This document shows positions 16,686 through 26,350 of a DNA stretch of 64,000 nucleotides, piece after piece. The notes under the pieces are model-generated. The model saw only the letters and a program-made list of their open reading frames with translations, ran no database searches and was not told the DNA's origin. Origin of the DNA: Candidatus Limnocylindria bacterium (GTDB taxonomy: Bacteria > Chloroflexota > Limnocylindria > P2-11E); contig JBGQFO010000003.1 in the NCBI GenBank assembly GCA_041496945.1, positions 16,415 to 80,414 of the forward strand, read 5' to 3'. The translations under genes and the position numbers were made by a program. Numbering within the stretch: position 1 is the stretch's first letter; each line of letters starts with the position of its first letter.

Positions 16686-17774
16686 TCAGAGCGTGCCCCA
16701 AGCCGACGGGATGAACAGGCTCGTGTACGTGTCGAGCGCGTACCGGTCGGTCATGCCAGCGATGTAGTCCGCCACCGCGCGCTTTGTCCCGTCGCGCTCC
16801 GCGATCTTCTGGTGCTCGGCAGGCATGCGGTCGGGATGCTCCTCGAAGTACTGGAGCAGCTCCCAGAGGACGCCCTGGGCCTTCTCGTCCTCGGTCTTTG
16901 CCGGGCCCGCGAGATACACGTTCTTGAACATGAACTGGCGCAGCGCGTTGCTGGCCTCGAGCACCTCGTCGCTCATCGTCACCCCCGGCTTGCCGTACGA
17001 CGTCGCGACGACGTCGTAGATCATCGTGTCGAGCCGCTCGGCGCGATCGCGGCCGAGCAGGATCCGGAGCTCGATCGGGATGTCCGCTTCGGTGATGATG
17101 CCCGCGCGCATCGCGTCGTCGATGTCGTGGTGCAAATAGGCGATCTTGTCGGCGTAGCGCACCACCCAGCCCTCGGGGGTCTCCGGCTCGCCCCAGGACG
17201 CGGTCTCCATGCCGCCGTCGGTCGGGGCGCTGTGCTTCAGGATCCCATCGAGCGTCTCGTGCGTGAGGTTCAGGCCCTTGCCGTTCTTCTCCAGCTTCTC
17301 GGCGATGCGCACGCTCTGCTCGTTGTGCCGGAAGCCGTCGGGGAGGAATTTCGCGAGCAGCTCCTCCCCCACGTGGCCGAAGGGCGTGTGCCCGATGTCG
17401 TGGCCGAGCGCCATCGCTTCCACCAGGTCTTCATTGAGACGCAGCGACCGCGCCATCGAGCGGCCGATCTGGCTCACCTCGAGGATGTGCGTGAGACGCG
17501 TGCGGTAGTGATCCCCGACCGGCGCGAGAAAGACCTGGGTCTTGTGCTTCGTGCGCCGGAAGGCCTTGCTGTGGACGATGCGATCGCGGTCGACGGCGAA
17601 GCTCGTCCGCGTCGGCGACGGCTCCTCCGGGCGCGCGCGCTTCGCGGTCGCGCTCTTCGTGGCGTGCGCCGCGAGATCCTTGGCCTCGAGCTCCTCGTTG
17701 TGCTCGCGGATGCGCAGCGATGCGACGCTCTTCGTCCGCGACAGGTTCGCCTCGCGCTCGGTCCCGGCCGCCAT
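16686..17774 (-). CDS. dgt: dGTP triphosphohydrolase-like HD-domain protein
   Basis: Track ORF 16686..18149, with start at internal ATG 17774. Contains FAVDRDRIVHSKAFRRTKHKTQVF...RLTHILEVSQI...LGHDIGHTPFGH. Confidence 0.9.
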   Translation of the reverse strand: MAAGTEREANLSRTKSVASLRIREHNEELEAKDLAAHATKSATAKRARPEEPSPTRTSFAVDRDRIVHSKAFRRTKHKTQVFLAPVGDHYRTRLTHILEVSQIGRSMARSLRLNEDLVEAMALGHDIGHTPFGHVGEELLAKFLPDGFRHNEQSVRIAEKLEKNGKGLNLTHETLDGILKHSAPTDGGMETASWGEPETPEGWVVRYADKIAYLHHDIDDAMRAGIITEADIPIELRILLGRDRAERLDTMIYDVVATSYGKPGVTMSDEVLEASNALRQFMFKNVYLAGPAKTEDEKAQGVLWELLQYFEEHPDRMPAEHQKIAERDGTKRAVADYIAGMTDRYALDTYTSLFIPSAWGTL

Positions 17775-17785
17775 CGACAACAAGC

Positions 17786-18448
17786 CTAAGGCGAGCGCGT
17801 CGGACCCGGTGAAGCGCCCAGGTGGCGCTCGAGGAACGCCCGCGTCCGGTCCCACGCCAGATCGCTCGCGGCCCTGTCGAACTCCGGTCGCGACGGCTCG
17901 TCGAACCAGTGCTTCGTCCCTGGGTAAAGCTCGACGCGCACGTCGTTCCCGGCCGCCCTCAGCTCCTTCTCGACCTGGCGCGCGAAGTTGATGTCCTCGA
18001 ACTCGTCGTGCTCCGCGTAGTGGGCCAGGACCGGCGTCGTGGGCGCGTCCGGCTCGTTCGGGCCGATGCCATAGAAGAGGGTGAGGGCACGCACCTTGTC
18101 GGGATGCGCGATGCCCATCTTCCACGCGTACCAGACCCCGAAGCTCCATGCGACGATGCCGACGCGGTCGACCTTCTGTCCCAGATCGAGCACGGCCTCC
18201 TCGACCATCTTCGTCAGCCCCGCCTCATTCTCGTGCTCGCTCTTGGTCAGCGCCTTCGCCTCATCGATCGTCGACGCGACGCGGCCGCCAAAGAGGTCGG
18301 GCGTCACGACCTCGTAGCCCTCCGCCCGCAGTCGCTCGGCGCGCGCGAGCACATCCGCGTTGAGACCCCACCAGGCGTGGAGCAGGATCAGTCCCGCGCG
18401 CTTCGCGGTGACCATCAGTTGTCCTGCTCCTGGTGACCTATCGGTCAC
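17786..18448 (-). CDS. Dienelactone hydrolase family protein
   Basis: 220 aa alpha/beta hydrolase (LILLHAWWGLN...GIVAWSFG...). GTG 18448 overlaps the ppdK end by 11 nt. ATG 18415 is an alternative start. Confidence 0.85.
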   Translation of the reverse strand: MTDRSPGAGQLMVTAKRAGLILLHAWWGLNADVLARAERLRAEGYEVVTPDLFGGRVASTIDEAKALTKSEHENEAGLTKMVEEAVLDLGQKVDRVGIVAWSFGVWYAWKMGIAHPDKVRALTLFYGIGPNEPDAPTTPVLAHYAEHDEFEDINFARQVEKELRAAGNDVRVELYPGTKHWFDEPSRPEFDRAASDLAWDRTRAFLERHLGASPGPTRSP

Positions 18449-21200
18449 GCTCTCCGCCGGCGAGCGCCGCCTGCGCCGCGGCGAGACGCGCGACCGGAAC
18501 GCGGTACGTCGACGGTGACACGTAGGTGAGGCCGAGCTCGTGACAGAGCGCGATCGACGAAGGATCGCCGCCGTGCTCGCCGCAGATGCCGATCTTCAGG
18601 TCTTTACGCGTCTTGCGGCCCTTCTCGATCGAGATGCGCATCATCGCGCCGACGCCGTCGCGGTCCAGGACCTGGAACGGGTCAGAGGGGATGATCTTCT
18701 TCTCGACGTACTGGGTGAGGAAGCTCTTCTGCGCATCGTCCCGACTGATGCCGAGGATCGTCTGGGTGAGGTCGTTCGTGCCGAACGAGAAGAACTCGGC
18801 CTTCGTCGCGATCTCGTCGGAGATGAGGCAGGCGCGCGGGATCTCGATCATCGTCCCGAACTTGTACGGCACCTTCTTACCGCGCTCCGTGAAGACGGTC
18901 TGCGCGACGGCGGTGACCTGCTCATAGAGGCGATCGAGCTCCCCCATCGTGCCGACGAGCGGCATCATGATCTCCGGCTTCGCCTTGACGCCCTTCTCGG
19001 AGACGTCGATGGCCGCGCCGAGGATGGCGCGTATCTGCATCTCGAGGATCTCGGGGTAGACGAGCAGCAGGCGGCAGCCGCGCAGCCCGAGCATCGGGTT
19101 GTCCTCGGTGATCTGCTCGAGCCGCTTCCAGATCTTCTCCTTGCGGGCGATCTCCGCGGGGTCCTTGCCGGTCGCCTTGTCCACGGCGATCTCGACGTCG
19201 AGGTCGTGGTACTCGCGGAGGAACTCGTGGAGGGGCGGGTCGATGAGGCGGATGACGACCGAGAGACCGTCCATCGCCGTGTACATCTCACGGAAGTCGC
19301 CCTGCTGGAACGGCAGGAGCTTGGCGAGCGCCTTCTTCCGGCCCTCGGTGTCGTCGGCCATGATCATGTCCTGCACGATCGGCAGCCGTTCGGCCTGCCG
19401 GAACATGTGCTCGGTGCGCGCCAGGCCGACGCCCTCGGCGCCGAGCTCGCGCGCGAGGCGGCACTCCTCCGGCGTATCGGCGTTCACCCACACGCCGAGG
19501 CGCCGGCGCTTGTCGGCCCATGAGAGGAGCTCGATGAGCTCCTTCTCCTCGCGAAAGTTCGGCTGGATCGTCGGCAGCTGGCCAGCGAAGACCTCGCCGC
19601 TGGTGCCGTCGATCGAGATCGAGTCGCCTTCCCTGATGACCCTGCCGGCGACGCGCATCTCGCGCTTTGCGAGATCGATGTCCAGCGCGCCGACGCCTGA
19701 GACGCACGGCAGCCCGAGGCCGCGCGCCACCACCGCGGCGTGCGAGGTCGATCCGCCGCGCGCGGTCAGGATGCCGGTCGCGGCGACCATGCCGTGGAAG
19801 TCGTCGGGGCTCGTCTCGGGGCGCACGAGCACGACGAGCTGCTTCGCTCCCTTCAGCTCGACCGCGCGGTCCGCGTCGAACACCGCGCGGCCGGTGGCCG
19901 CGCCGGGCGACGCGTTGAGGCCCTTCGCGAGGAAGCGTCCCTCCCTGCGCGCCTTCTCCACTTCCTTCTCGTCGAAGCGCGGGAGGAGCAGCTGCTCGAC
20001 CTGCATCGGGTCGACGCGGCCGATGGCCTCGTCCTTGGTGATGAGGCCCTCGCGCACCATGTCCGTCGCGATCTTCACCGCGGCGCGCGCCGTGCGCTTC
20101 GCGCTGCGCGTCTGGAGCATGAACAGCGTGCCGCGCTCGATCGTGAACTCGAGGTCCTGCGCGTCGCGGTAGTGCTTCTCGAGACGCTGCGCGATCTTCT
20201 CGAACTGCGCGTAGACCTTCGGCATCTCGGTCCGGAGCTGCGCGATCTTCGACGGTGTGCGGATGCCGGCGACGACGTCCTCGCCCTGGGCGTTCACGAG
20301 GTACTCGCCGTAGAGCTCCTTCGTGCCGGTGTTCGGGTCGCGCGTGAACGCGACGCCCGTCCCTGAGTCGTCCCCCATGTTCCCGAAGACCATGGTCACG
20401 ACGCTCACGGCGGTCCCGAGGTCGTGGCGGATCTTGAACTGATTGCGGTAGTCCACCGCCCGCTTCCCGAACCACGAGTTGAACACCGCCTCGATCGCGA
20501 GACGCAGCTGATCGCGGGGTTCGGTCGGAAATGGCTTGCGCGTCTCGCGCTGCACGATGGCCTTGTACTCGTCGACGAGACCTAGGAGCGCGTCGGGCCG
20601 CAGGTCGGCGTCGGTCTTCGCGCCGGTGGCCTTCTTTCTTGCCTCGAGCGCATGCTCGAACTTCTCACCGGCGATGCCGAGGACGATGCGCCCGAACATC
20701 GAGACGAAGCGCCGATACGCGTCCCAAGCGAAGCGGGGGTTCTGCGTGAGCTTCTCGAGGCCCGCGCGCGTCTCGTCGTTGAGGCCGAGGTTGAGGACGG
20801 TGTCCATCATCCCGGGCATCGACATCGCGGCACCCGAACGCACCGAGACGAGGAGCGGGTTCGACGCGTCGCCGAGCCGCTTGCCCGCCGCCTTCTCGAC
20901 CGCCGCGAGGGCCTTCTCCGCCTGATCCCAGAGACCCGGCGGCAGCTTCTTGTTCGCCGCGAAGTAGGCGTTGCAGGCCTCGGTGGTGATGGTGAAGCCG
21001 GGCGGGACAGGGAGTCGGGCGTTGGTCATCTCCGCCAGGCCAGCGCCCTTGCCACCGAGGAGCGCGCGCATGCCCGCGTTGCCTTCCGCCTTGCCGTTCA
21101 CGAAGAGGTAGACCCACTTCTTCCTCGCGCCCGATCTCGATCGAGCCGTAAAGCGGCGAGCGGCGGTCGCGGTCTTGCGGCGTGCGGGCATGGCGGGCAC
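18438..21200 (-). CDS. ppdK: Pyruvate, phosphate dikinase
   Basis: 920 aa. Contains KKWVYLF...LLGGKGAGLAEM, the phosphohistidine region GGSTSHAAVVARG, and the PEP-utilising C-terminal domain. About 27 basic residues precede the usual N-terminus. Confidence 0.96.
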   Translation of the reverse strand: MPAMPARRKTATAARRFTARSRSGARKKWVYLFVNGKAEGNAGMRALLGGKGAGLAEMTNARLPVPPGFTITTEACNAYFAANKKLPPGLWDQAEKALAAVEKAAGKRLGDASNPLLVSVRSGAAMSMPGMMDTVLNLGLNDETRAGLEKLTQNPRFAWDAYRRFVSMFGRIVLGIAGEKFEHALEARKKATGAKTDADLRPDALLGLVDEYKAIVQRETRKPFPTEPRDQLRLAIEAVFNSWFGKRAVDYRNQFKIRHDLGTAVSVVTMVFGNMGDDSGTGVAFTRDPNTGTKELYGEYLVNAQGEDVVAGIRTPSKIAQLRTEMPKVYAQFEKIAQRLEKHYRDAQDLEFTIERGTLFMLQTRSAKRTARAAVKIATDMVREGLITKDEAIGRVDPMQVEQLLLPRFDEKEVEKARREGRFLAKGLNASPGAATGRAVFDADRAVELKGAKQLVVLVRPETSPDDFHGMVAATGILTARGGSTSHAAVVARGLGLPCVSGVGALDIDLAKREMRVAGRVIREGDSISIDGTSGEVFAGQLPTIQPNFREEKELIELLSWADKRRRLGVWVNADTPEECRLARELGAEGVGLARTEHMFRQAERLPIVQDMIMADDTEGRKKALAKLLPFQQGDFREMYTAMDGLSVVIRLIDPPLHEFLREYHDLDVEIAVDKATGKDPAEIARKEKIWKRLEQITEDNPMLGLRGCRLLLVYPEILEMQIRAILGAAIDVSEKGVKAKPEIMMPLVGTMGELDRLYEQVTAVAQTVFTERGKKVPYKFGTMIEIPRACLISDEIATKAEFFSFGTNDLTQTILGISRDDAQKSFLTQYVEKKIIPSDPFQVLDRDGVGAMMRISIEKGRKTRKDLKIGICGEHGGDPSSIALCHELGLTYVSPSTYRVPVARLAAAQAALAGGERDR

Positions 21201-21244
21201 CTCCCCTTCGAAGATGGCAAGTTTGGCAGATAACGAGGTTCCGG

Positions 21245-21718
21245 TTACCGGGCGATGCGGACGGTCCCCACGATCAGCAGCCCGTCACGGCGTGACGCGA
21301 GACACGTGACCTGGCGATCGCCGACCGCCCACCGCTTTCGTATCGGGACGAAGTACGAAGTGTCGTAGGTGTCGTCGGTGGCGAAATCGCGTCCGGTGTA
21401 GGCGAAATACGCCGGTCCGCACTGATCCTTGACGAAGCGGTCGAAGTCCGCGTCGGTCGGGAACGCATCTGAGCTTCCGCTGATGTCGCCGACGAAGAAC
21501 ACCTCCGCGCCATGCGGCTCGCCGCACGGATGATGCCGAACGTCCCCGACGCTCGATCCATTCCCCACGTCGGTGGGGACATCGAAGCAATCGCCGATCC
21601 GGAGAGCACCGGAGCTGCCCGACATGAAGTCACGGAACACGGCGAAGATCAGCGCGAACAGGACGAGTCCGATCCAGATCCAATTCCGCTCGACGAATCT
21701 GACCAGGAACGCCGCCAC
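21245..21718 (-). CDS. Membrane-anchored hypothetical protein with Cys-containing extracytoplasmic domain (septum-formation-family-like)
   Basis: C-terminal 157 aa of track ORF 21245..22174. GTG 21718 is preceded by AGGAGCGAT. TM segment NWIWIGLVLFALIFAVF, followed by GDCF...HHPCGEPH...QCGP...VTCL. Confidence 0.6.
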   Translation of the reverse strand: MAAFLVRFVERNWIWIGLVLFALIFAVFRDFMSGSSGALRIGDCFDVPTDVGNGSSVGDVRHHPCGEPHGAEVFFVGDISGSSDAFPTDADFDRFVKDQCGPAYFAYTGRDFATDDTYDTSYFVPIRKRWAVGDRQVTCLASRRDGLLIVGTVRIAR

Positions 21719-21862
21719 ATCGCTCCTCTCAGCGCCTTTCCTTCGGCCACGAAGGTCCCGCCGATGCCGGCGACCGGCCGACAGGCTAGCCCAGCTGGGC
21801 AAGCCGGACGAGGCCCGGCACACCTCGGCTGGTGGAAGATTTCGCGGTAGAGTCGTGACTCC

Positions 21863-22255
21863 ATGTACGAGCGCCCGGGCTACCGCACCCTTCTCGGCCG
21901 CATCCGGAGCAACGTGCGGCTCTACCTGCGCAAGCAGCTGGAGATGCCGCGGCAGGAGATCGCCGAGATCGTTCGGGCCAACCTCGCGGCGGTCAAGTGG
22001 TTCGGCATCGCGCTCGCGTTCATCCTGGGCGCCCTCGTCGCGCTGACGGTCCTCGTCATCGCGCTCATCGCGATCCTCCTGCCGCTGTGGGCATCCGCGC
22101 TGATCGTGTTCCTGCTGTTCGTCGGGCTCGCGGCGCTGACGGGGTGGCGCGGCTACAAGCGCCTCGAGCTCCACGGACCGACCCGCACCATGAATTCATT
22201 TAAGGAGACGATGCGTTGGGCGAAAGCCCGTCTGCTCGGACGGACCGCGAGCTAG
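21863..22255 (+). CDS. Small 2-TM membrane protein (actinobacterial holin-X-like family)
   Basis: 130 aa with two long hydrophobic helices (WFGIALAFILGALVALTVLVIALIAILL, ALIVFLLFVGLAALTGW) flanked by charged termini. Confidence 0.7.
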   Translation: MYERPGYRTLLGRIRSNVRLYLRKQLEMPRQEIAEIVRANLAAVKWFGIALAFILGALVALTVLVIALIAILLPLWASALIVFLLFVGLAALTGWRGYKRLELHGPTRTMNSFKETMRWAKARLLGRTAS

Positions 22256-22710
22256 CCGAGCTCCGCACCGCGATCGACGCGGACCTGCGCGCGCTCGAGG
22301 AGCGTCTGCGCGAAGACGTCGATCCGCGCCGCCTCGCGAAACGCAATCCGCTCGCGGTGTTCGGGGCGCTCGCGTCGGTGGTAGCCATCGGGAGCGTCAC
22401 GACGGTGCGCTCGCTCGCGGACCGGACCCGCGTCCGCAGCGACAAGGACGTCGACGCGCTCATCGCGCGCCTGGGCGGACGGGTCGGCAAGCTTCGGGGA
22501 CCCGCGCGAAAGCGGTTCCGCAAGCAGTTGCGCGCGGAGATCGGCGAGGTCGGGCAGGGTCCGCGGGCGCAGCAGCTGATCTGGGAGTCGGCCGCGGCGG
22601 CGATCACCGCAGCCCTCACGCTCGTGGCGCGCCGTTTCGCGTCACGTCTTGTCGCCGATGAAGAGCTTCCCCGCGAGACGATCGACACGACCGCGCGGCC
22701 GTCGACCTAG
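22216..22710 (+). CDS. Hypothetical coiled-coil/TM protein (DUF3618-like)
   Basis: 164 aa. TTG start overlaps the upstream gene by 40 nt. N-terminus ELAELRTAIDADLRALEERLRED followed by one TM segment. This type is usually found next to holin-X-like genes. Confidence 0.6.
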   Translation: MGESPSARTDRELAELRTAIDADLRALEERLREDVDPRRLAKRNPLAVFGALASVVAIGSVTTVRSLADRTRVRSDKDVDALIARLGGRVGKLRGPARKRFRKQLRAEIGEVGQGPRAQQLIWESAAAAITAALTLVARRFASRLVADEELPRETIDTTARPST

Positions 22711-22758
22711 GGCCGAGGCCCACAGCGCGGAGCGCTCACCCGCGGACGGCGTGGATCT

Positions 22759-23391
22759 TCAGGCCAGCAGGAACCCCGCGAACATCACGGCGACGCCGAT
22801 GAGGTTCGTGTATTCGAGGATCCCGTTGCCGCCGATGAACGTGGCGGTGCCACCGGCCGCGACGATGAGAACGCCCGCGGCGATGATCACATTCGAGACC
22901 GCCCGCCGCCCGTTGTGGCGCCGGCGAAAGAAGACCCACGCCGACCAGAGCGCTCCGCCGATGAGCACGAGGCTCCCGACGCCGCTTCCGATCCCGGCGA
23001 GAACGCGCGGCAGCGGCGAGTCGTTGAAGCCCTTTCCCGTGCTCAGTGCCTCTGACATGTCCACGGGCGAGACCGCTACCGCGTAGAGCCCGAGCACGGA
23101 CAGCACCAGGGCCGCGATGACCGCCGCCCGTCCGAACCGCGGCGCGACGAGCAGCACCGTCCCGACCCCGAGCCAGGCGACGTTGAGAATGCCGCCGAGC
23201 AGGTAGAAGACCTTGTATCCGACGTCGGTCGGCTGGCCACTCTGCGCGATGCCTTCGGCGGCCGCCGCGACCGCGAACATCGCGAGCCCGACCGCCCACG
23301 CGAGCAGCGCCGCGCGCCGCGAGCGCGCGTAGCGCATGGCGACCGCGACGGCGAAGACAGCCGACAGCGCGGCCGTGAGGTACGGGAGCAT
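22759..23391 (-). CDS. Integral membrane protein, function unknown
   Basis: 210 aa, about 6 hydrophobic segments, GC-rich third positions. Confidence 0.7.
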   Translation of the reverse strand: MLPYLTAALSAVFAVAVAMRYARSRRAALLAWAVGLAMFAVAAAAEGIAQSGQPTDVGYKVFYLLGGILNVAWLGVGTVLLVAPRFGRAAVIAALVLSVLGLYAVAVSPVDMSEALSTGKGFNDSPLPRVLAGIGSGVGSLVLIGGALWSAWVFFRRRHNGRRAVSNVIIAAGVLIVAAGGTATFIGGNGILEYTNLIGVAVMFAGFLLA

Positions 23392-23401
23392 CGCTCGCAG
23401 C

Positions 23402-24202
23402 CTAGCGGGCGCGGAGTGCGAGCGCCGCGAGACCTAGGCAAAACACCCCATAGGCCAACAGGACTCCCGCGGACTCCGGTCCAGCGGTGAGCGACACGAA
23501 CGCCAGGGCGAGGATCGGATCGCGGAGTCCCCCACCCGCGATCGCCGCGGTAAGGTCGCGGCCCGTCACGCGCGCGGCGATCACTGACGACACGACACCG
23601 CTGACCAGGAGAGCGAGCGCCACCGCGACGGTGACCCCAGCGATCGCGGGAGCGGCGAGCGCCGCGACGACCAGCGCTGCCGCGGCGGCCGCGAGGCCGA
23701 TCCAGCGCAGCGGCTCGAGCAGCCGGTCGCGGACCGTGGGGAGCGCGTTGCCGAACATCGCCGGGAGCGCGTAGGCCTCGGTCGCGGTGAACAGCGACGC
23801 CGACGCGAGCGCGCCGCGACCGCCCACGAGCAGGAGCGAGACCAGCACCGTGCCGAGCACGAGCGCGCCGGCCAGGTCGGCTCGTCCGCGCATACCTCCG
23901 ACGATCCCCGGCCCGATGAACGGCGCCGGGGCAACGGCGAGCGCGAGCGCCCCCGCGGACACCCGGTCGTCGACGCGGCCGACCAGCGCGAGCGCGACCG
24001 CGCCGATGACCGCTGCCGGGACGACGATGAGCGCGAGGTTGCGGACGCGGAGAAGGCCACGGAGCGCGAGGAGCGGTGTGCGGGCGCCGTACGCCGCGAG
24101 GTACGCGACCGCGATGATGCCAAGAACGCTAGGCGCCGAGCTTCTCCCGGAGCGCCGGCACGAGGTCGGCGATGGCCACGCGAACTTGGGCCATCGAGTC
24201 AC
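23402..24202 (-). CDS. Integral membrane protein (transporter-like), start uncertain
   Basis: 266 aa and very hydrophobic. The only canonical start (ATG 24202) overlaps the glyQS 3' end by 74 nt. TM1 ([15 protein letters not shown]) begins right after the glyQS stop, with no canonical start codon there. Confidence 0.6.
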   Translation of the reverse strand: MTRWPKFAWPSPTSCRRSGRSSAPSVLGIIAVAYLAAYGARTPLLALRGLLRVRNLALIVVPAAVIGAVALALVGRVDDRVSAGALALAVAPAPFIGPGIVGGMRGRADLAGALVLGTVLVSLLLVGGRGALASASLFTATEAYALPAMFGNALPTVRDRLLEPLRWIGLAAAAAALVVAALAAPAIAGVTVAVALALLVSGVVSSVIAARVTGRDLTAAIAGGGLRDPILALAFVSLTAGPESAGVLLAYGVFCLGLAALALRAR

Positions 24203-25502
24203 GTTCGCGGATCGTGACCTGCTTGTCCTCGAGCGACTCGAAGTCCACGGTCACGCAGAGCGGCGTGCCGATCTCATCCTGCCGGCGATAGCGGCGGCCG
24301 ATCGCCTGCGTCTCGTCGTACACCGTCATCAGCTGCAGGCGCAACGACGCGGCGACCTCGCGCGCGAGCGGCGTGAGCTTTTCGTTCTTCGAGAGCGGGA
24401 GCACGGCGACCTTGTACGGCGCGAGATCCGCCTTCAGCCGCAGGACGACGCGCACGCCCTCCTTGTCGGGCTCCTCGTCGTACGCCGCGCACAGCACGGC
24501 GTAGGTCGTGCGGTCCGCGCCGACCGCGGTCTCGACGACGTACGGGATGAAGCGCTCGTTGGTCGCGTCGTCGAAATAGCGGAGATCCTTGCCAGAGAAC
24601 TCGGCGTGCCGCCGGAGGTCGTAGTCGGTCCGGTTGTGGACGCCCTCCAGCTCCTTCCAACCGAACGGGAACTGGAACTCCCAGTCGATCGCCTTGGCCG
24701 CGTAGTGCGCGCGCTCGGTCTCCGCGTGCTCTCGCTGCCGAAGAAGCTCCGCGGGGATGCCGAGGTCCAGGAACCACCGGCCCCGGACCGCCAGCCACTC
24801 GTCGAAGTGGCGCGGGGCGGCCTCCGGCCGGCAGAAGTACTGCATCTCCATCTGCTCGAACTCGCGCGAACGGAAGATGAAGTTGCCGGGCGTGATCTCG
24901 TTGCGGAACGACTTGCCGATCTGCGCGATGCCGAAGGGCAGCTTCCGGCGCGTGGCCTGCTGGACGTTCTCGAAGTTCACGAAGATCCCCTGGGCCGTCT
25001 CAGGCCGGAGCCACGCGACCGACGCGGTCTCCTCGACCGGCCCGACGAACGTCTTGAACATGAGGTTGAACCGGCGTGGCGACGACAGCTTCTTCAACCC
25101 GCAGCTGGGACAGGCGACTGCCGTCAGGTCGGCCGTGCCCGCGCGCCAGGCTTCCATCAGCGCGTCGCCGCCGGCGAGCTCGTCGATGCGGAAGCGCTTC
25201 CGGCAGTTGCCGCACTCGACCAGCGGGTCGGTGAAGTTCTCGACGTGCCCGGAGGCCTCCCAGACCCGCGGGTGCATGAGGATCGCGGCGTCCAGGCCCA
25301 CGATGTCGTCGCGCAGCTGCACCATCGCGCGCCACCAGGCGCGCTTCACGTTGTTCTTCAGCTCGACGCCCAGCGGGCCGAAGTCCCAGGTCGCACCGGC
25401 GCCGCCGTAGATCTCGCTCGACGGGAAGACGAACCCGCGCCGCTTCGAAAGCGAGGAGATGGCTTGCTCGATCTCAGGCCTTCGGCCTGGAGACCCACTC
25501 AT
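24129..25502 (-). CDS. glyQS: Glycine--tRNA ligase (class II, homodimeric type)
   Basis: 457 aa. Contains [37 protein letters not shown] and [29 protein letters not shown]. Confidence 0.96.
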   Translation of the reverse strand: MSGSPGRRPEIEQAISSLSKRRGFVFPSSEIYGGAGATWDFGPLGVELKNNVKRAWWRAMVQLRDDIVGLDAAILMHPRVWEASGHVENFTDPLVECGNCRKRFRIDELAGGDALMEAWRAGTADLTAVACPSCGLKKLSSPRRFNLMFKTFVGPVEETASVAWLRPETAQGIFVNFENVQQATRRKLPFGIAQIGKSFRNEITPGNFIFRSREFEQMEMQYFCRPEAAPRHFDEWLAVRGRWFLDLGIPAELLRQREHAETERAHYAAKAIDWEFQFPFGWKELEGVHNRTDYDLRRHAEFSGKDLRYFDDATNERFIPYVVETAVGADRTTYAVLCAAYDEEPDKEGVRVVLRLKADLAPYKVAVLPLSKNEKLTPLAREVAASLRLQLMTVYDETQAIGRRYRRQDEIGTPLCVTVDFESLEDKQVTIRERDSMAQVRVAIADLVPALREKLGA

Positions 25503-25535
25503 CGATTCGCTCCTCGCGGCACAGCCGCTCGTCGC

Positions 25536-26318
25536 TCAGCTGACAACTTGTGCCGGACGCGGTGGGAGCGCGCGGATCTCGTCGATGAGCCGCGCCGCGG
25601 TGATCTCGCGGTCGATGACGTGCTGCACGAAGATGCGCATGTGGCGCTCGAGCTCGGCCGCGAGCTCGACATCCACCCGGAGGCGCGAGGCGCTCGCGAA
25701 GTCGCTCACCAGCAGGTAGCGGAGTGACTTGAGAGCGCGCACCGAGAGGCTGAGCCCGGCCCCGCTCTTTCGCGAACAGGAGTCGCAGAGGGCGCCGCCC
25801 GCCGGAGCGCTCCACGCGTTCACCCGCTCCTCGAGGGTCTTGCGGCAGGAGACGCAGTCGCCGAGCTCGGGACGGAAGCCGGACCGGTCGAGCAGGTGGA
25901 GATCGAACCAGCGGCACACCAGCGCCGCGGGGTAGCCGGCGTCCAGGTGGCGGAGGGCCGTCTCGAGGAGATCGAACAGCGACGCCGTGGGGACGCGCTC
26001 GACGGTGAAGCGGTCGGTGAGCTCGGCGCAGTACCAGCCTGCGGCGATGCTGCCGAGGTCCTCGCGCAGCGTGGGATACAGCGCGCGCGCCTCGGCGCCG
26101 GTGAGCACGTCGAGCTCTCGTCCACGGGCGAGCTGGTAGGTGGCGTGCGTGAGCGGCTCCGCGTGCCCCGCCATCCGGCTCGTCGCGCGACGGATCCCCT
26201 TCGCGACAACGTGGATCTTCCCGAAGTGGCGGGTGAACAGCACGAGGATGCGGTCGGCCTCACCGAGATCGACCGTCCGAAGGACGATCGCTTCGGCGCG
26301 ATACGTGCGCGACGCCAT
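25536..26318 (-). CDS. recO: DNA repair protein RecO
   Basis: Track ORF 25536..26366, with start at internal ATG 26318. Contains YRAEAIVLRTVDLGEADRILVLFTRHFGKIHVVAKG and a C-terminal Cys cluster CVSC...CDSC. Confidence 0.9.
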   Translation of the reverse strand: MASRTYRAEAIVLRTVDLGEADRILVLFTRHFGKIHVVAKGIRRATSRMAGHAEPLTHATYQLARGRELDVLTGAEARALYPTLREDLGSIAAGWYCAELTDRFTVERVPTASLFDLLETALRHLDAGYPAALVCRWFDLHLLDRSGFRPELGDCVSCRKTLEERVNAWSAPAGGALCDSCSRKSGAGLSLSVRALKSLRYLLVSDFASASRLRVDVELAAELERHMRIFVQHVIDREITAARLIDEIRALPPRPAQVVS

Positions 26319-26350
26319 CGAAGGCCAATGGTACCGATTGGCGACGCGCA

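Noticed and set aside
23787-25727. 646-aa plus-strand ORF antisense to glyQS
   Set aside because: Shadow ORF with a repetitive Arg/Asp/Leu-rich translation. glyQS on the other strand is unambiguous.
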